Positions 48,306 through 61,330 of a DNA stretch of 64,000 bases are shown in pieces. How positions within the stretch are numbered: the first letter of the stretch is position 1; each line of letters begins with the position of its first letter. The notes below the pieces were generated by a model, which was given only the letters and a program-made list of their open reading frames with translations, ran no database searches and was not told the origin of the DNA. The translations under genes and the position numbers were made by a program. The stretch is taken from the NCBI GenBank assembly GCA_024679065.1, contig JAGIQG010000004.1:31310001-31374000 (forward strand), written 5' to 3'. Source of the stretch: Sphyrna mokarran. Its lineage: Eukaryota.

Positions 48306-51300
48306 TTAAAGATCTATGCTTCCTTTCCCTTTAAACTTCTTCGCGGAACGTTCACTCGATCTCAGTTGAAACTTGCTGCCATAAATGTAGGAAACAAAAC
48401 CATCGATTTCCACGCTGAAGACACTGTTTTGCTTGGGAATGACTGGGTTGGAGAAGGAAAATAGAATGAAGCACGTGACATGACGTACAGAACAACAATT
48501 TCAAAGCTGCTTCAGATCTTTTGTACTTGAATACTTTACAATGCAAGTTATACTTTAATAAAAATATGCTGGCGACAGTGATACCACGACCGCCACAGAA
48601 TCAATGTTTTAAGGAATAATAACACAATTTATATCAAAAAATCTGGGAATGATTTATAAGCACTAATTTGAAGAATCTATACAAGCCCAGAACCATTAAA
48701 TTGATGGTTTTGCAATCCACCAATGACCCACATATGGCTTCCAGTTAACTGCCTTTGGGTGAAATTATGGGCCACCAAACTTCGAAGTTCAAAAGGGGTT
48801 TAGTTTCTTTGTGAAGCTAACACTGCATTAAATGCAAATTAATGTATATAATAGGTTAAGCAGAATTTTATTTTAGCTGAGCCACAGGGGTTTCTGTTTT
48901 GAGCTCTATTTTGTCACAGAAGGATTGTGGTTTCATTTTCAATAATATGCTACATTAAATTTTAATTCAGTTGGATCTAAATTCACTTGCATCTGAGGAG
49001 AGTATGGAAAGAGTGTGATATTAAAATGAAACAAACCAACTTGTGGACTGTTTCTACTTATATTCCACTTCAACTGCAACAATCAATGTAAATTCATCTC
49101 GTCAGCTAGGTTAAGATAAAAATACTGTGGATGCTGAAAATCTGAAATCGAAACAGAAAGTGCTGTAAAAACTCAGCAGATCTGGCAGAGAGCCAAACCA
49201 TTAGTTTTTCAAGTAAAACATGACTCTCCTTTGGAACTAAAGAGAGATAGAAATCAGTGCAGAAAAAGAGTCAGATTAGTAGAAATGTTATGCAACTCCA
49301 CAAACGCTGTCAGACCTGCTAAGTTTTCAGGAACTTTCTGCTTTTACCTCAGATAGACTTATTTCTTTGGTAAACATCAGGAGATAGTTGCTAGGATCCT
49401 TCACTGTTGTCCAATCCCAAGACATTAAATGAGCAATCAAACTGCTGCTTATTAGTTCAGTGAGGAAATATGAACAAAGAAACACAAGGCCAGTCAATTT
49501 TGTAAAAGAGCCAGACATAGCAAGAATAAATACTCTAATTGTTATAACTGTTAAGAAACTGTATCTGCTACAGGTGATTCAGTTGGCTGCACTCTTACCA
49601 CTGAGTAACAAGTTTCTGGGTTCAAGTCCTGTTCCAGGACTTGGGCATAACAATCAAAGTTGACACTTCAGTGCACTGCTGAGGGAGTGCTGTGCTGTTG
49701 AGGATGTGGTCTTTCAGATGAGATTTTAATCAGAGGCTCTTTCTGCTGCAAAAGATTTCATGCCACTATTTTGAAATGGGGTAGAGGAATTATCCCCTTA
49801 GTTCTGGCAAATACTTAGTCTTCAATAAACCAAGTCAAAATGTCAATGAGGTAATATACCAGAAAGTCTCTAAAAAATTAAAAAAATATGGAAACATGCA
49901 AGTTTATGCTGTTCATTTATTCCAGTATTTAATTGTTATGATTCAATGTCATATTATGACGTGACTTGGGCAACACAGTGGTTAGCACTGCTGCCTCATA
50001 GTGCCAGGATCCCAGGGTTCAATTCTGGTTTCGGGTCACTATGTGAAGTTTGCACATTTTTCCCACGTCTGGGTGGGTTTCCTCTGGGTGCTCTGGATTT
50101 CTCCCACACTCCAAAAACGTGCGGGTTGGGCTGATTGGCCATACCCCTAGTGTCAGGGGACTAGCTAGGGTAAATGCATAGAGTTACGGGAATACGGCCT
50201 GGGTGGGATTGTAGTCGATGCAGATTTGATGGGCTGAATAGCCTCCTTCTGCAATGTAGGGATTCTATGATATTGGACAGTAAAAATAACATTTTCACTA
50301 TAAAGGTTGTGGAATAAATCCAAAATTTACATACCTTTGAGTTTATTTTCTTTTGTGATAATCTTCAATATGTGTTTCATTTCCTGAAGAATAATTCCTG
50401 TGGTCCCTACATAGGAAGGACATTTGGATTTCACCACTGTAATGTAAACATATATTTTTAATACAAATCTGATCTCATTGAAACGTTTTAGTTGAAGTTT
50501 TCTTTATGCTTATAGAATGATAGGTTAGAATCGGCATTAGCACATGTGCACTTGTCAAAAAAAAAGCTCATTTTACATTTCAGAAAACTGTTAGATCTAA
50601 TGATTTATCTAGGTAAAATGAAATGGACCTTGGGGCAGATTTGTGTTTTCAGGTAACACAAATATCAAATTCACCATCTCATAAATCAATAGACAAACTT
50701 TAAAAAAAAAAATCAATGTTTAATATGAGAATCATGAGTTGCTATTTCTTTGCAAATATTAACCAATTGGTTGACAACTGGTTTATAAATCTCATTACTA
50801 GTTTACTTAATCTCTATAGGCCAGGTATCTTCCCAGAAAATATAACACTGCATCTAAAATTGGTTTACAAAAGCTTTTTCAAAAATTCTACCGGTTAGAA
50901 AGGACCCATGATAGGACACAGAAGGCGGCCATTTGGCCTTCTGTCCCTGATGATAACATCCCTAAGGCAGTCCTGCATTCACACCTTAAACACTGTCTGT
51001 CATGTAGGCCAAAATTACAGTTCAAGGACTCCTTGAAAGCGAAGCTCAAGAAATGGATGGCAAAGTGCTTAGCATGGCTGCCTCACAGTGCCAGGGACCC
51101 AGGTTCAATTTCTGGGTTAGTGACTGCACATTCTCTACATGTCTGCATGGGTTTTCTCCCACAGTCTGAAAGATGTGCTGGTTAGATGTATTGGCCTGAA
51201 CAGGGTGTGCGGTAACTAAGGAAATTTCACAGTGACTTCAGAGAGCTTTACTTGTGACAAATAAATAAGCTTTAATTTTTATTTTTATGCAGCACGCCTA

Positions 51301-54300
51301 CCAGACGACAAGAACATTTAGAGACAACTATCTGGGGATCAATCTCCAATAGTGATATTGTTTCCTTTGACTAGCAAAGAATACAGGCAGCAAAGGGCAG
51401 AAGGCAAACTAGAGAGACTGGGCGTTCAGTCTTAACAAAATTAGACAATTCATCCTTTCACTGGGAAAAGTCACGATGGTTTGCATATTGGGCTCTACAA
51501 CCACAATGCACAAAGGGCGGATCGATATGCAAGAGAAATGGTCATCTTTGATAATTGATGGTGATGCCTATGCCTGCTTGTTGTAAGATGTATACAATCA
51601 AGCCTATTCCTGGGCTTTTTTCCTTAGACTTCAATTATTTTTTCCTTTCATGTATTTATCCAATTCCTTTTGAAGGTTACTACTGAATCTGCTTCCATCA
51701 TCACTTCAGGCAAAATATTCTAGATCGCAATTGTAATTCATGATGGAGAACTGAATATAGAAGAGGTGCTGATAAGGTTGGATGAAATAAGGTGGAAAAA
51801 AGTACGAGTAGAATTACAATTTGGAGCTGTACAACCCAAATTATGTCTCCCAATATTAGCTTCCTAGGATCACTGTAGGGATTATTTTCCATAATATTTA
51901 ATATTTTCAATAGTACATTAAAAGGGCAAGATTAAAAACGAACTCTGTCAAGAGGGTAGGCTGTAATGTCCTTTGTACTTTTGCTCTAAAGAAAAATCAA
52001 AGGGAACATTCTTTGATCTTTTATAACTTATTCTGTTTTCTTCACGGCAGCCTCTGAAACTTACTAAGGTAGTGTTGTTCAACAGTAGCAAGAATCAACA
52101 CAGGGCAGAGAAAGAAGCTAACGTTTCTTTGAGAAAGTCAGAAATATTGTTTACAGCTGAAATCCAAAACATGAAATAGTACAACATAGAAACAGGCTAT
52201 ACAACTTACTGAGTCTGAGTCCTATCTTTCAAATAGCAATCCAGTAGTCTCACTCCTGTTTTTCTCCATACTGCTGTACTTTTTTCTCCTTAAATTATTT
52301 ATCCAATTCCCTTTTGAAGATTATTATTATATCTGTATTTATCAGTTTGGCAATGCATTCCAAACCTGAACCACTCATGTATAAGTTTTTTCTCAAGTCA
52401 CCTCCGGTTCTTTTGAGATAATTACTTCAAATCTGCATCTTCTGACTATTGACCAACAGCTGGAAGCAGTTTTACTTTTTCTTTACTTAACTAAACCTTT
52501 TACGATTTTAAACATTTGTGTCAAATATCTTCTTAGCCTTTTCTGCTTTAGGGAGTAAAACCTGAGTTTAATTCCTGGAAGTTACATGTGTTGAACACTA
52601 CCGCTATGTTACCTATCTCAAAAGTTTGTCTTTGTTCTGTATATTCTGGTTTATTTTCCTTTCTACTGATTTGGCATAATTTGCTCGTGTACCTGTCACA
52701 ATGGCTCCATGGAAATCTGCCTTTAGCAGTTTGGTCTGGATTATTTGCGTCTGCCTGCAAACATGAGAAGAAAGCACAGAAATCAAGGGAGCATCTTGCC
52801 AATAGATTGCACAATAAAGCAGTTGTTATTCTGTGGGATTTACCAGGATCATGAAATGCAATTAGTAACATTTCTTTGAATTCTACATTTACCTCAGCCA
52901 AAATAAACCTTTAAAATTGAAAAAAAAAATTTGAAGGATTTCAGTATTTAAGAAATGCAAGATTATCAAATTATACTCAAGTTATCAAATTCTACTCAAT
53001 CTCCTTCACACAGCTGTCATGCTTTCTGACCACTTACCTATTTGTTTCAATCCCTTTTAGAAAGATACTGAAATTTCAAGTGATTGATTTGAAGGAAGTA
53101 TTCAAGTTCTAAGAATTTTACTATAATAAATAAACTAAAAGGAACATTGCCTAGACACTATGCAATCGTCAACTTGTAAGTACAGGAATGATTCCTCATT
53201 TAAAATGATAAAAAGTCCCCTTCCATGGTTATATTTTATTCTGTTCCTTAGATTATATTCTTTGAGAGTTAGTCCAAAAGTATTCACATCTTTAATAACT
53301 TTTGCAAACTGGAGATGGGAATAGCACCAGTAGCAGCAAAATATAAATTGCCATCTTATTAAAAGGGCTTCATGTAGAACATATTTAAAATCTTAAGTTT
53401 GCAAACAGCATGATAATTTTTTTTCTCATTACAAATTCTACTCCCCACATCTTTAAGAGAAATTTTAATGTAATTTCTCACTAATGATTTTCTAGTACAT
53501 TTCAGTTTTGCACCCCACCTTTTAAAGTGGTGAAACTGGGCTGCAACCAATGTTACTTCTCTGCTTCCCAAAGTGCAGTATATTCTGCTATCCTATTATA
53601 ATATTAAATGAATGCAGAAGGAAAGTAAGGTAAGAATAGATCAGCTTTTAAAATTGAGGCTGGATCACTTCATATTCTTGTCTTCTAACTCCATTCACCT
53701 CAAGACCACACTTGATATTAATATACCCTGTGCTATAACAGATTAATTAGTAAATGATTAAAAATCTTATATTCAATTCCTTCCAATGTTTTCCATTGTA
53801 AACTTCTGTGTCTTCAACCGTAAGAAAATTATCCATATAAATCTGACGTGTTATTATATCTTCCACCCAGTGGATGCCTCAATGCCATTAGTGGCATGAT
53901 GGCACAATAATAATGTATCAAGCTTACAACGATAATTTCCATTATAAATGTGGATATGAAAAGCAAATGTAGATAAATTCCAGGACCTGACGAAGTGTAT
54001 CCTAGGACATTATGGGAGGCTAGGGAGGAAATTGTGGGTTTCCTAACTGAGATATTTGAATCATCAACAGTCATGGGGGAGGTGCCTGAAGATTGAAGAG
54101 TGACAAATGTTGTGCTTTTGTTTAAAAAGGGCTGCAGGGAAAAGCCTGGGAAGTACAGGTCATTGAGGCTCACATCTGTGGTGGGTAAGTTGTTGGAAGG
54201 TATTTTGAGACAGGATCTACAGGCATTTAGAAACTCAAGGACTGATTAGGACAGTCAGCATGGCTTTGGAGTTGAAAATCACATCTCACAAATTTGATTG

Positions 54301-57300
54301 AGTTTTCTGAAGGGATAATCAAAAAGGCAGATGAGGGCAATGCAGTTGATGTCATCTACATGGACTTTACACGGCAAGGCCTTTGACAAAGTACCGCATG
54401 GTAGGTTGTTGCATACGGATGAGGTATCTGAATGGATACAAAATTGGCTTCTTGACAGAAGCCAGAGGGTGGTTATAGAGGGTTGTTTTTTAAACCAGAA
54501 GCCTGTGAACAGTGGTATGCCTCAGGGATCACAGCAGGGTCCACTGTTATTTGTCATTTAAATTAATGATTTGGATCAGAATATAGGAGACATGGTTAGT
54601 AAGTTTGCAGATGACACTAAGATTGGTAGCATTGTGGAAAGTGAAGAAAATTATCTCCAATTGCAACGGGATCTTGATCAATTGGGCTGGTGGGCTGATG
54701 AATGGCAAATGGAGTTTAATTTAGACAAATACGAGGTGATGAATTTTGGTAGGTAGGGCAGGACTTACTCCGTTAATGGTAGAGTTATAGAAACCATTTA
54801 AATTAACATAGAAAACTTGTCCTCCAACACTGCTAGCAACAATGAGCAAAACAAAAACAACATTTTCCACCTTCCCATCAGTAAGGTGAGCAATTACATG
54901 GATTCACTGCCATATTGCTGCTTAATATTTTTGTAAGACTTCCATAACTCAAAGAGAAGCAACAGTTAAAGGTTGGAGCAAAATTGATGCTGCAAACACT
55001 AGTTGAATTGTGTGATCACTGGGATTTCCCAAACAGTCCCACCATCTCCTGTATTGTATGTAATAAAGGGGCTTTTTACATATACAGTATAATCTTTTAG
55101 CAGCCAGTTAACAGTGAATCTGTCCATTCCATGCAGGTATTATACTTACGTGTCAGGTTTTAAACCATTACACAAGTCTCGAATGTATTGCTTCCACAAC
55201 TCATGCAAAGGGAGAAACAACTCATATCTGGAAAGAATGAAATGATTCCGATTAGCATTTTAACATCTATGGATTGGAAATGACTCAACGATGCCAATCT
55301 CATAGGCAAAAATGAGCATTTCATTGAAGCCCCCTTGGTATACAGGAGAAAATGTACCTAATGCAGAAAGTTTGATTAGTTCATAACACAGAACAAACTT
55401 CGCAACCACATTTCAAAGATTATATTAAATTGTAATGTTTCAAAATTGAGAACTGTCACTCAAAATAGGTATACAATTGTATATGTCCTATCTCTACAAA
55501 GACAGAATTACTTTAGAGATTGAGCTATATCTGCCAAGCACATGCTTAAGATAATCTTTGAACAAATCCTGATGAAATGATATAAAAATGCTGTTTGTTC
55601 AATTACACACTACAGTAAGTGATCAATAAGAATTTTCAAAGCCCTAAGCTACAAATAAATGTCATTATCATAAGTTTCATTACAATTTGTGTATAATTAC
55701 CACCAACCTCCAATTCAGCAGTGTATGTTTTAGCTTATAATTCTTTCATGTGTTTTTTTTTAAAAAATCAATTTTCTGGTTTCTCAGCTTTATGTGAACT
55801 TCAGGTTGGAAAGCAGATCTGACTAACAATTCTATCACATGCATCAATTCAGATCATTATCAAAGGACGGAAGGACATGTTCAGAATGAAATGTGTACTC
55901 CAAGAATCTCTAAGGTGCTGCTCACTACTAACCACAGGCATTGTACCTTGTAACTGAGATAAAATTCATTGAAAGGCAAAATCTGAATGAGTGCACAAAC
56001 TGGGACTCAGTGCATGTCTTGTGCACTTATTTTGTTTTTCCTTTGTAATTGTACCAGCACAGAAAATCACCAGAGGGTAAAAAAAAGCATCAACATAAAT
56101 ATCTAATTCTGACCTAGAGATAATCAGTTTTCTTCACGCGGTTTACCTACCTTTGTTGTTCTGGTTTGAGCTCAAATATTCTCAATTCTCGCCTTTCTTT
56201 GGCAGACAGGCACTTTGCTTTTCCCTTTGCTTTTCCCTTTGCTTTCGGGTGCTTCTTTAAGAAATGCTTGAGAATTACAGCTTTTTTGATCAAATGTGAA
56301 TGAATCTGCTCATCATCCAATCGAGGTAAACTGCGCTTGAGAAAGGTATTGACAAATGCTTCAGCCTGTTGGGATCCCTGAGGCTGTGTGAAGGAATTTA
56401 CAAATTACTTAGACATTGCAGACAACTTTGTACATTGTGGATAACTGCAATGCACAAAAAATGCCGTTTGACTTCAACGCTCTAAACACAAAATCATTCT
56501 CGTCTTAAATCCATGATGGTAAATAGGTTGGCATAAATTTATACGTTTCTTATGTAGTGTGTACATTTATACCAAATCACAAGATGAAAGGCATAAGCAA
56601 CAAAAGAAATGCAAGCTTTGCACCTAGGCAATCAATATACAATGGAAATAAGAGGAACACGGTTTCCAAAAATAGTAATATTTAAGATCTGTTCTATGTT
56701 ATATTCATTATGAATGTGTTTTTATCAAAATATTGCTCAATTTACATTGTGTTCATACTGTTTTCAGGACTATCAACAAAGAAACACCAGAGGGCAGCAG
56801 CAACCAGAAAGTAGCATACCTGAACGTCCAAGTGATTTATCTCTTGTGCGGAAATTGTACAGTAAACAATATCTTTAACAGAGAAACAAAGAACCTCAAT
56901 TAAACTCGGCGAAAAGATGGTGACAAGAATAAGACAAGATAAACGGGTCTGTTATTTAATCATGTTAAAACATGGTTATTTCAAACGGAAAGACAAATTA
57001 TACAAAGACCAGCTACACATTTATTCCACCAATCAAAGATATCCTGCTGGGATATATGGCAAATGTGGCAAGCAGCGTAGAAACTTATAAATAAAAATTA
57101 TCAAAGCTACAAAATAAAACCTTTCTTTCTATAAAGTCAGAGATAGAGTGACTTACTGAAATTCAAGGACAAGTCAGCAAATCTGCTGAGTTGGCAATAA
57201 ATATTTTCCATTACTTCCACTCCTGAAGTCCTGTCAAACCTAAGATGCTTAACTCAGCACCGATCAGAGGCTGAACCTGGCCCTGCTTTGTCTGTTTGAC

Positions 57301-60300
57301 TTAGTACCACAGTGGGCAGTAAACGCACCAGCTGAGTCATCAGGAAGATGTTATTACATTTCTAAGGATTCATGACATTTTCAGGAGCTTGGCACTGGAT
57401 AAAAGTAAATTATATATTTGTCTGCTTCAGACCAGACAGAAACCTTTTTTTTTCTACATGCTGGTGGGGAAAGGAAGAGGAGGAAAATAACCACAAGCTC
57501 AGATTTATACTAATGGCATCATTTTGACAAGCTGCATGCTACAACATTTTTATATTCCTTTTTCCAAAATGGATTTAAAACATTCCACAACATTTAGGTG
57601 ATATTTGATTTACTTGGTGGATCCTGCATTTGACTCTTTTCTGCACAAGTTTCTTTGCAGCTTTCGCTTCAGTCATCGGGTAGCAGGATCTGCACTAGTT
57701 TAGATTAAGTTGTCCAATTTGCATAACACATCAAGTTCGGCAATTCACAAAGCATGGCAAACAACTGCTTTAATGCTCTGCTGGACTCTGAGCAAATCAA
57801 AAATCAATTCAAAGCTAAGGAGAGTAATTTAAAACCTAATTTTATTGCCTAATGACTTTCTCATCAAATAAAAAGTGCAAAGCACTAATTACAGAAAATA
57901 ATTCCAGAATTAATGGTATTTTTCCCAGATTCAGTCTATGACTACATTGATCACTGACTGGACAGAGCCAATCACCACATTTTCCAGCCTTAATCTTCAA
58001 ATATAAATGTAAGCATTTGAAGAACTTATTTTTAAAAACTTTATTAGACCAGTCAGACTTCAGCACTTCAATTAAAAGAGCATGAAATAATAAGTGGTAC
58101 ATTTATAATCAATAGTTAATGTCTTAATAACCAGCCACACTAAGAAATCAAAATATAAAAAAGTGCATTTGGTGCATTCATGGATGTAAGTATTGATATT
58201 TGCAAATCCCAAACAAAATCAGACAAAATCTGTTTGAGAAGAGGGATAAGGAGAATGGAAAAAAAATTAAATGAGTGGTTTACCCAATATTAAATATAGC
58301 CCACACAGACAAGTGATTTGATTACATTACATCATATGAATAAGCTTCAAGCCCAACCTTCCTTCACAAATGAGCTCCTAGGCAAAAAACCTTTACAATG
58401 CTTTGGAAGACAAAAGCAACCACTCTGTTATTTTTGCATTCAACACTGACATTTCTGACAGAATGAATTCGGCGAGGGAAGATCACTGAACTGTTTGTTT
58501 GATCTATTCAGCACTGGAAAGGGAGAAACATGTCTACTTCATTAATTTGCCAGTCATTTTCCTTGCATTTTAATTGGAGAGAATCACGTTTTGTTGATCA
58601 CTCAATTTAATTTTATTCCAAGATTAAAATTCTAACTAAACTCCAAACCATGACGTTAGGGATATTCAGTACTAAATGTATGTTTCATTAATAAACCATG
58701 GGCTTAGCAACAAAGGCTCCAAAAGCACTGCAAGTGCTAAAATATCATTAACATTTCAACTTAATTGTAACTCAAAAACAAATGTGTTGGTTTGCCCCAA
58801 GTGCACAATACAGTGATGTACTACAAATTGCTACTGAGCTTCTGTTCACCCACATACATCAAGGGAAATAATGTAAATCCCTCACCACTTTGTCTTGTTA
58901 TGTCCTTTTAATTAGCCATTGGTTACTGGATTATTGAATCCTTAGCTTTTCACTTGCTGAGAAAACACATTGCTTTGACAGGAGAACCTCCATTTTAAAA
59001 ACAAACCTAATTGCCATAGCTTGGTCAACACTTGCCTACTACAAATACAACAAATATTACAACAAAAATAATGTTTTGCTTTAATGGAGAATTAAGACAG
59101 TGATTTCTTTCTAACAACAGTACAGAAAACTGGCATATTTCTTAAAAGAATCAGGCACAAAATCACAATTCCAAAATCATAAAGGCTTATAGAATGACAA
59201 TAGTTCAAAGAAATGTACATAAATGCATGAAGAAAAAATGTGGAATGAATTATGACTAAGCAATTACATGAAATTAATTGTAATTCATATAATCTTCCTT
59301 GGTTTACTTGTCTTACACTGTTGCATTTTAAAGGTTATTTTACTTATAGGCATGTTATTATTGATTAGTAAATGGCCATCTCAAAGTATGAGAGAGGTGA
59401 GGATGTTTAAGGAGGAACTTCCAGAGCTAGGATTTGGGCAATAGAATGCTATCAAGGATGGAGTGCAGTAAATTTGGGAGGGGTAATGGAAGTATGAATA
59501 AATAGCACAAGTTTTTAAAAAATTATGGCATTGCTGGATCAGGAAACAATATTCAATTCTACCCTTTGATTGGTCACCAATCTTTCTGCCAATGGAAAAT
59601 TTCTCCCTATCCAGACTTATGTACATTTGATTTTAACCTTGCTCTACAGAGAGCTAGTTTATCTATATAATAGAAATATCTGTGGTAAATCTTCTCTGTA
59701 TGGTCTCCAAGGCCTGACATCCTTCCTAAAGTGTGCTGCATCCAACATTTTTACTTTATTCAACCAGCAATTTTACAACTTCAGAAAAAAATGTGGGCCT
59801 CAATAAAATCAAGAGATCTGGTTATGATCAAATTAATTTATTTTGGGTTGAAACCTGCACATTTACCAAAAGACTATGGAAAGGGGCTAACAGCAGCTAG
59901 TACACAGAGGCTGATGGAAGGACAGATTAAACTTACATTTCTTCTGTACTATTGCAAAGAAAAATGCACACGCTTTATCATTGGAAAAGGTGAGCCAAGG
60001 AGATCAAAAGAAATTGGGGTGGTACGAGATCAGTAAAAAAATATTTTAAGGAGGCATTGTGAAACAAGAGGAGATTAAGGAGGTTACTGAAGAGAAATAA
60101 ATAGTACCTACAGGAAGTGAGTGAAGAGTACTCCACTCTTATGATGTTATCTCATACTTTGAGATGAGTGAGACACAAAGTAAAGACATACAATTGAGCT
60201 AGTGGAGTCAAACCACAAGTTTTAAGGATAGAGTATTTAAGTTAAGTTGAATGGAGACATAGGAATGTAGAAGAGTGAATGGGTCAGAATCTTTTGGCTA

Positions 60301-60786
60301 CAGTTGTGGACAGTGGAAGCGTCAACATTGGGCCTCAAACTAACATGAATGTCAGGGTTTCAGGGAGAAAGTGGTGTGAAGGTCGAGACAAGCAAACGTC
60401 TGGGAGGTGATAAAAAAAATAGACCAGACAGAGAAAAGACTAAAAACTTTGAAAAGTTCCACGTTTTGGGTTTGGAGGCTCAGATCAAGCTAGGAAAGTT
60501 GCAAATAAGGCCAGGAGAGCAGAGTGGGGATGAAGAGTGAAGCTGTGGCCCGTCAGAGAAATGGCGAGGGGCTTAAATTAGGTTTCTATCCATGCCGGAG
60601 CTACGTCATTGGGTCTGTTCACCGCTTCGATATAACAATAAACCGTGTGCTGAAAGTGAGAGGAGGGGGGGTTCGTAAACTCCCCACCCTCTCTGTAAAG
60701 CACCCGGGCAGTCGATGCCATTCCCGAGTGTGAAAGAAATACGAAGCTCACTCCCCGGGGCGACACTAAGGTTACCTACTGTCCAT
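48306..60786 (-). CDS. POP4: Ribonuclease P/MRP protein subunit p29 (RPP29), 223 aa, 7 coding exons
   Basis: Exons 60780-60786 (ATG GAC A), 56820-56872, 56151-56383, 55150-55227, 52693-52754, 50335-50436, 48306-48442; all GT-AG; 672 nt in total. Translation contains the POP4 hallmarks KPEQQRYELFLPLHELWKQYIRDLC, KLLKADFHGA, KSKCPSYVG, YIYGSKFQLRSSERSAKKFK..GSIDL*. Confidence 0.97.
49965..50272 (+). mobile_element. HE1/V-SINE-type SINE
   Basis: cacagtggttagcactgctgcctca head, V core, gattctatga tail. Confidence 0.85.
51055..51268 (+). mobile_element. V-SINE, internally deleted
   Basis: gctgcctcacagtgccagggacccaggttcaatt head and cttacttgtgacaaataaataa-type tail. Confidence 0.7.
53975..54790 (+). 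mobile_element. CR1 LINE RT fragment
   Basis: KAFDKVPHGRLL, SGMPQGS..GPLLFVI, SKFADDTKIG (RT catalytic xADD), QMEFNLDK. Confidence 0.9.
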
Positions 60787-61010
60787 GGCGCCACGCGATG
60801 ACCTCACTTGCCGCGGCGCATTGAAATGACGTTAGGAAACCGGGCGACCAATCGCGTTCTCGGCGCGTAGCAGCCGGGGCGCGATGACGTAGCGCGGGCA
60901 GCGGCGGAGGCGGGCGGGCAGGCGGGACAATGGAAACCATGGTTACCACTGCTTGTGGACGTCACCATGGAGACCTCTGTCCCTGGGTAACAGACTCCAT
61001 TGCAACCATC
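60560..61010. promoter_or_regulatory. CpG-rich promoter and first exon region of POP4
   Basis: Strongest CpG enrichment in the window; surrounds the POP4 ATG (gcgccATGG Kozak context); GC boxes and several TGACGT (CRE-like) sites. Confidence 0.8.
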
Positions 61011-61069
61011 CCAGCACACAACCTGACCCACTGGGGCAAAAAAACTCTCCCATCACAGACACAGTGTAT

Positions 61070-61330
61070 TCGTCATTGTCACATTAACACTGTAATGAAT
61101 TTACTGTGAAAATATCCTAGTTGCCACAGTCTGCCACCTGTTCGGGTACACTAAGGGAGAATTCAGCATGGTCGATGCACCTAATCAGCACATCTTCGGG
61201 AGAAAACCAGACCACCTGGAAGAAACCCACACAGACATATGCAGAATATGCATACCCCTCACAGCTATCCAAGGCTGGAATCAAAACCAGGTCGATGGTG
61301 TTGTGAGGCAGTAGGGCTAACAACTGTGCC
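61070..61330 (-). mobile_element. V-SINE
   Basis: Reverse-complement head tgtgaggcagtagggctaacaactgtgcc, core and tail. Confidence 0.75.

Noticed and set aside
53635-53670. LKADL-like match suggesting POP4 exon 5
   Set aside because: Frameshifted and without splice sites; the real exon 5 is 52693-52754.
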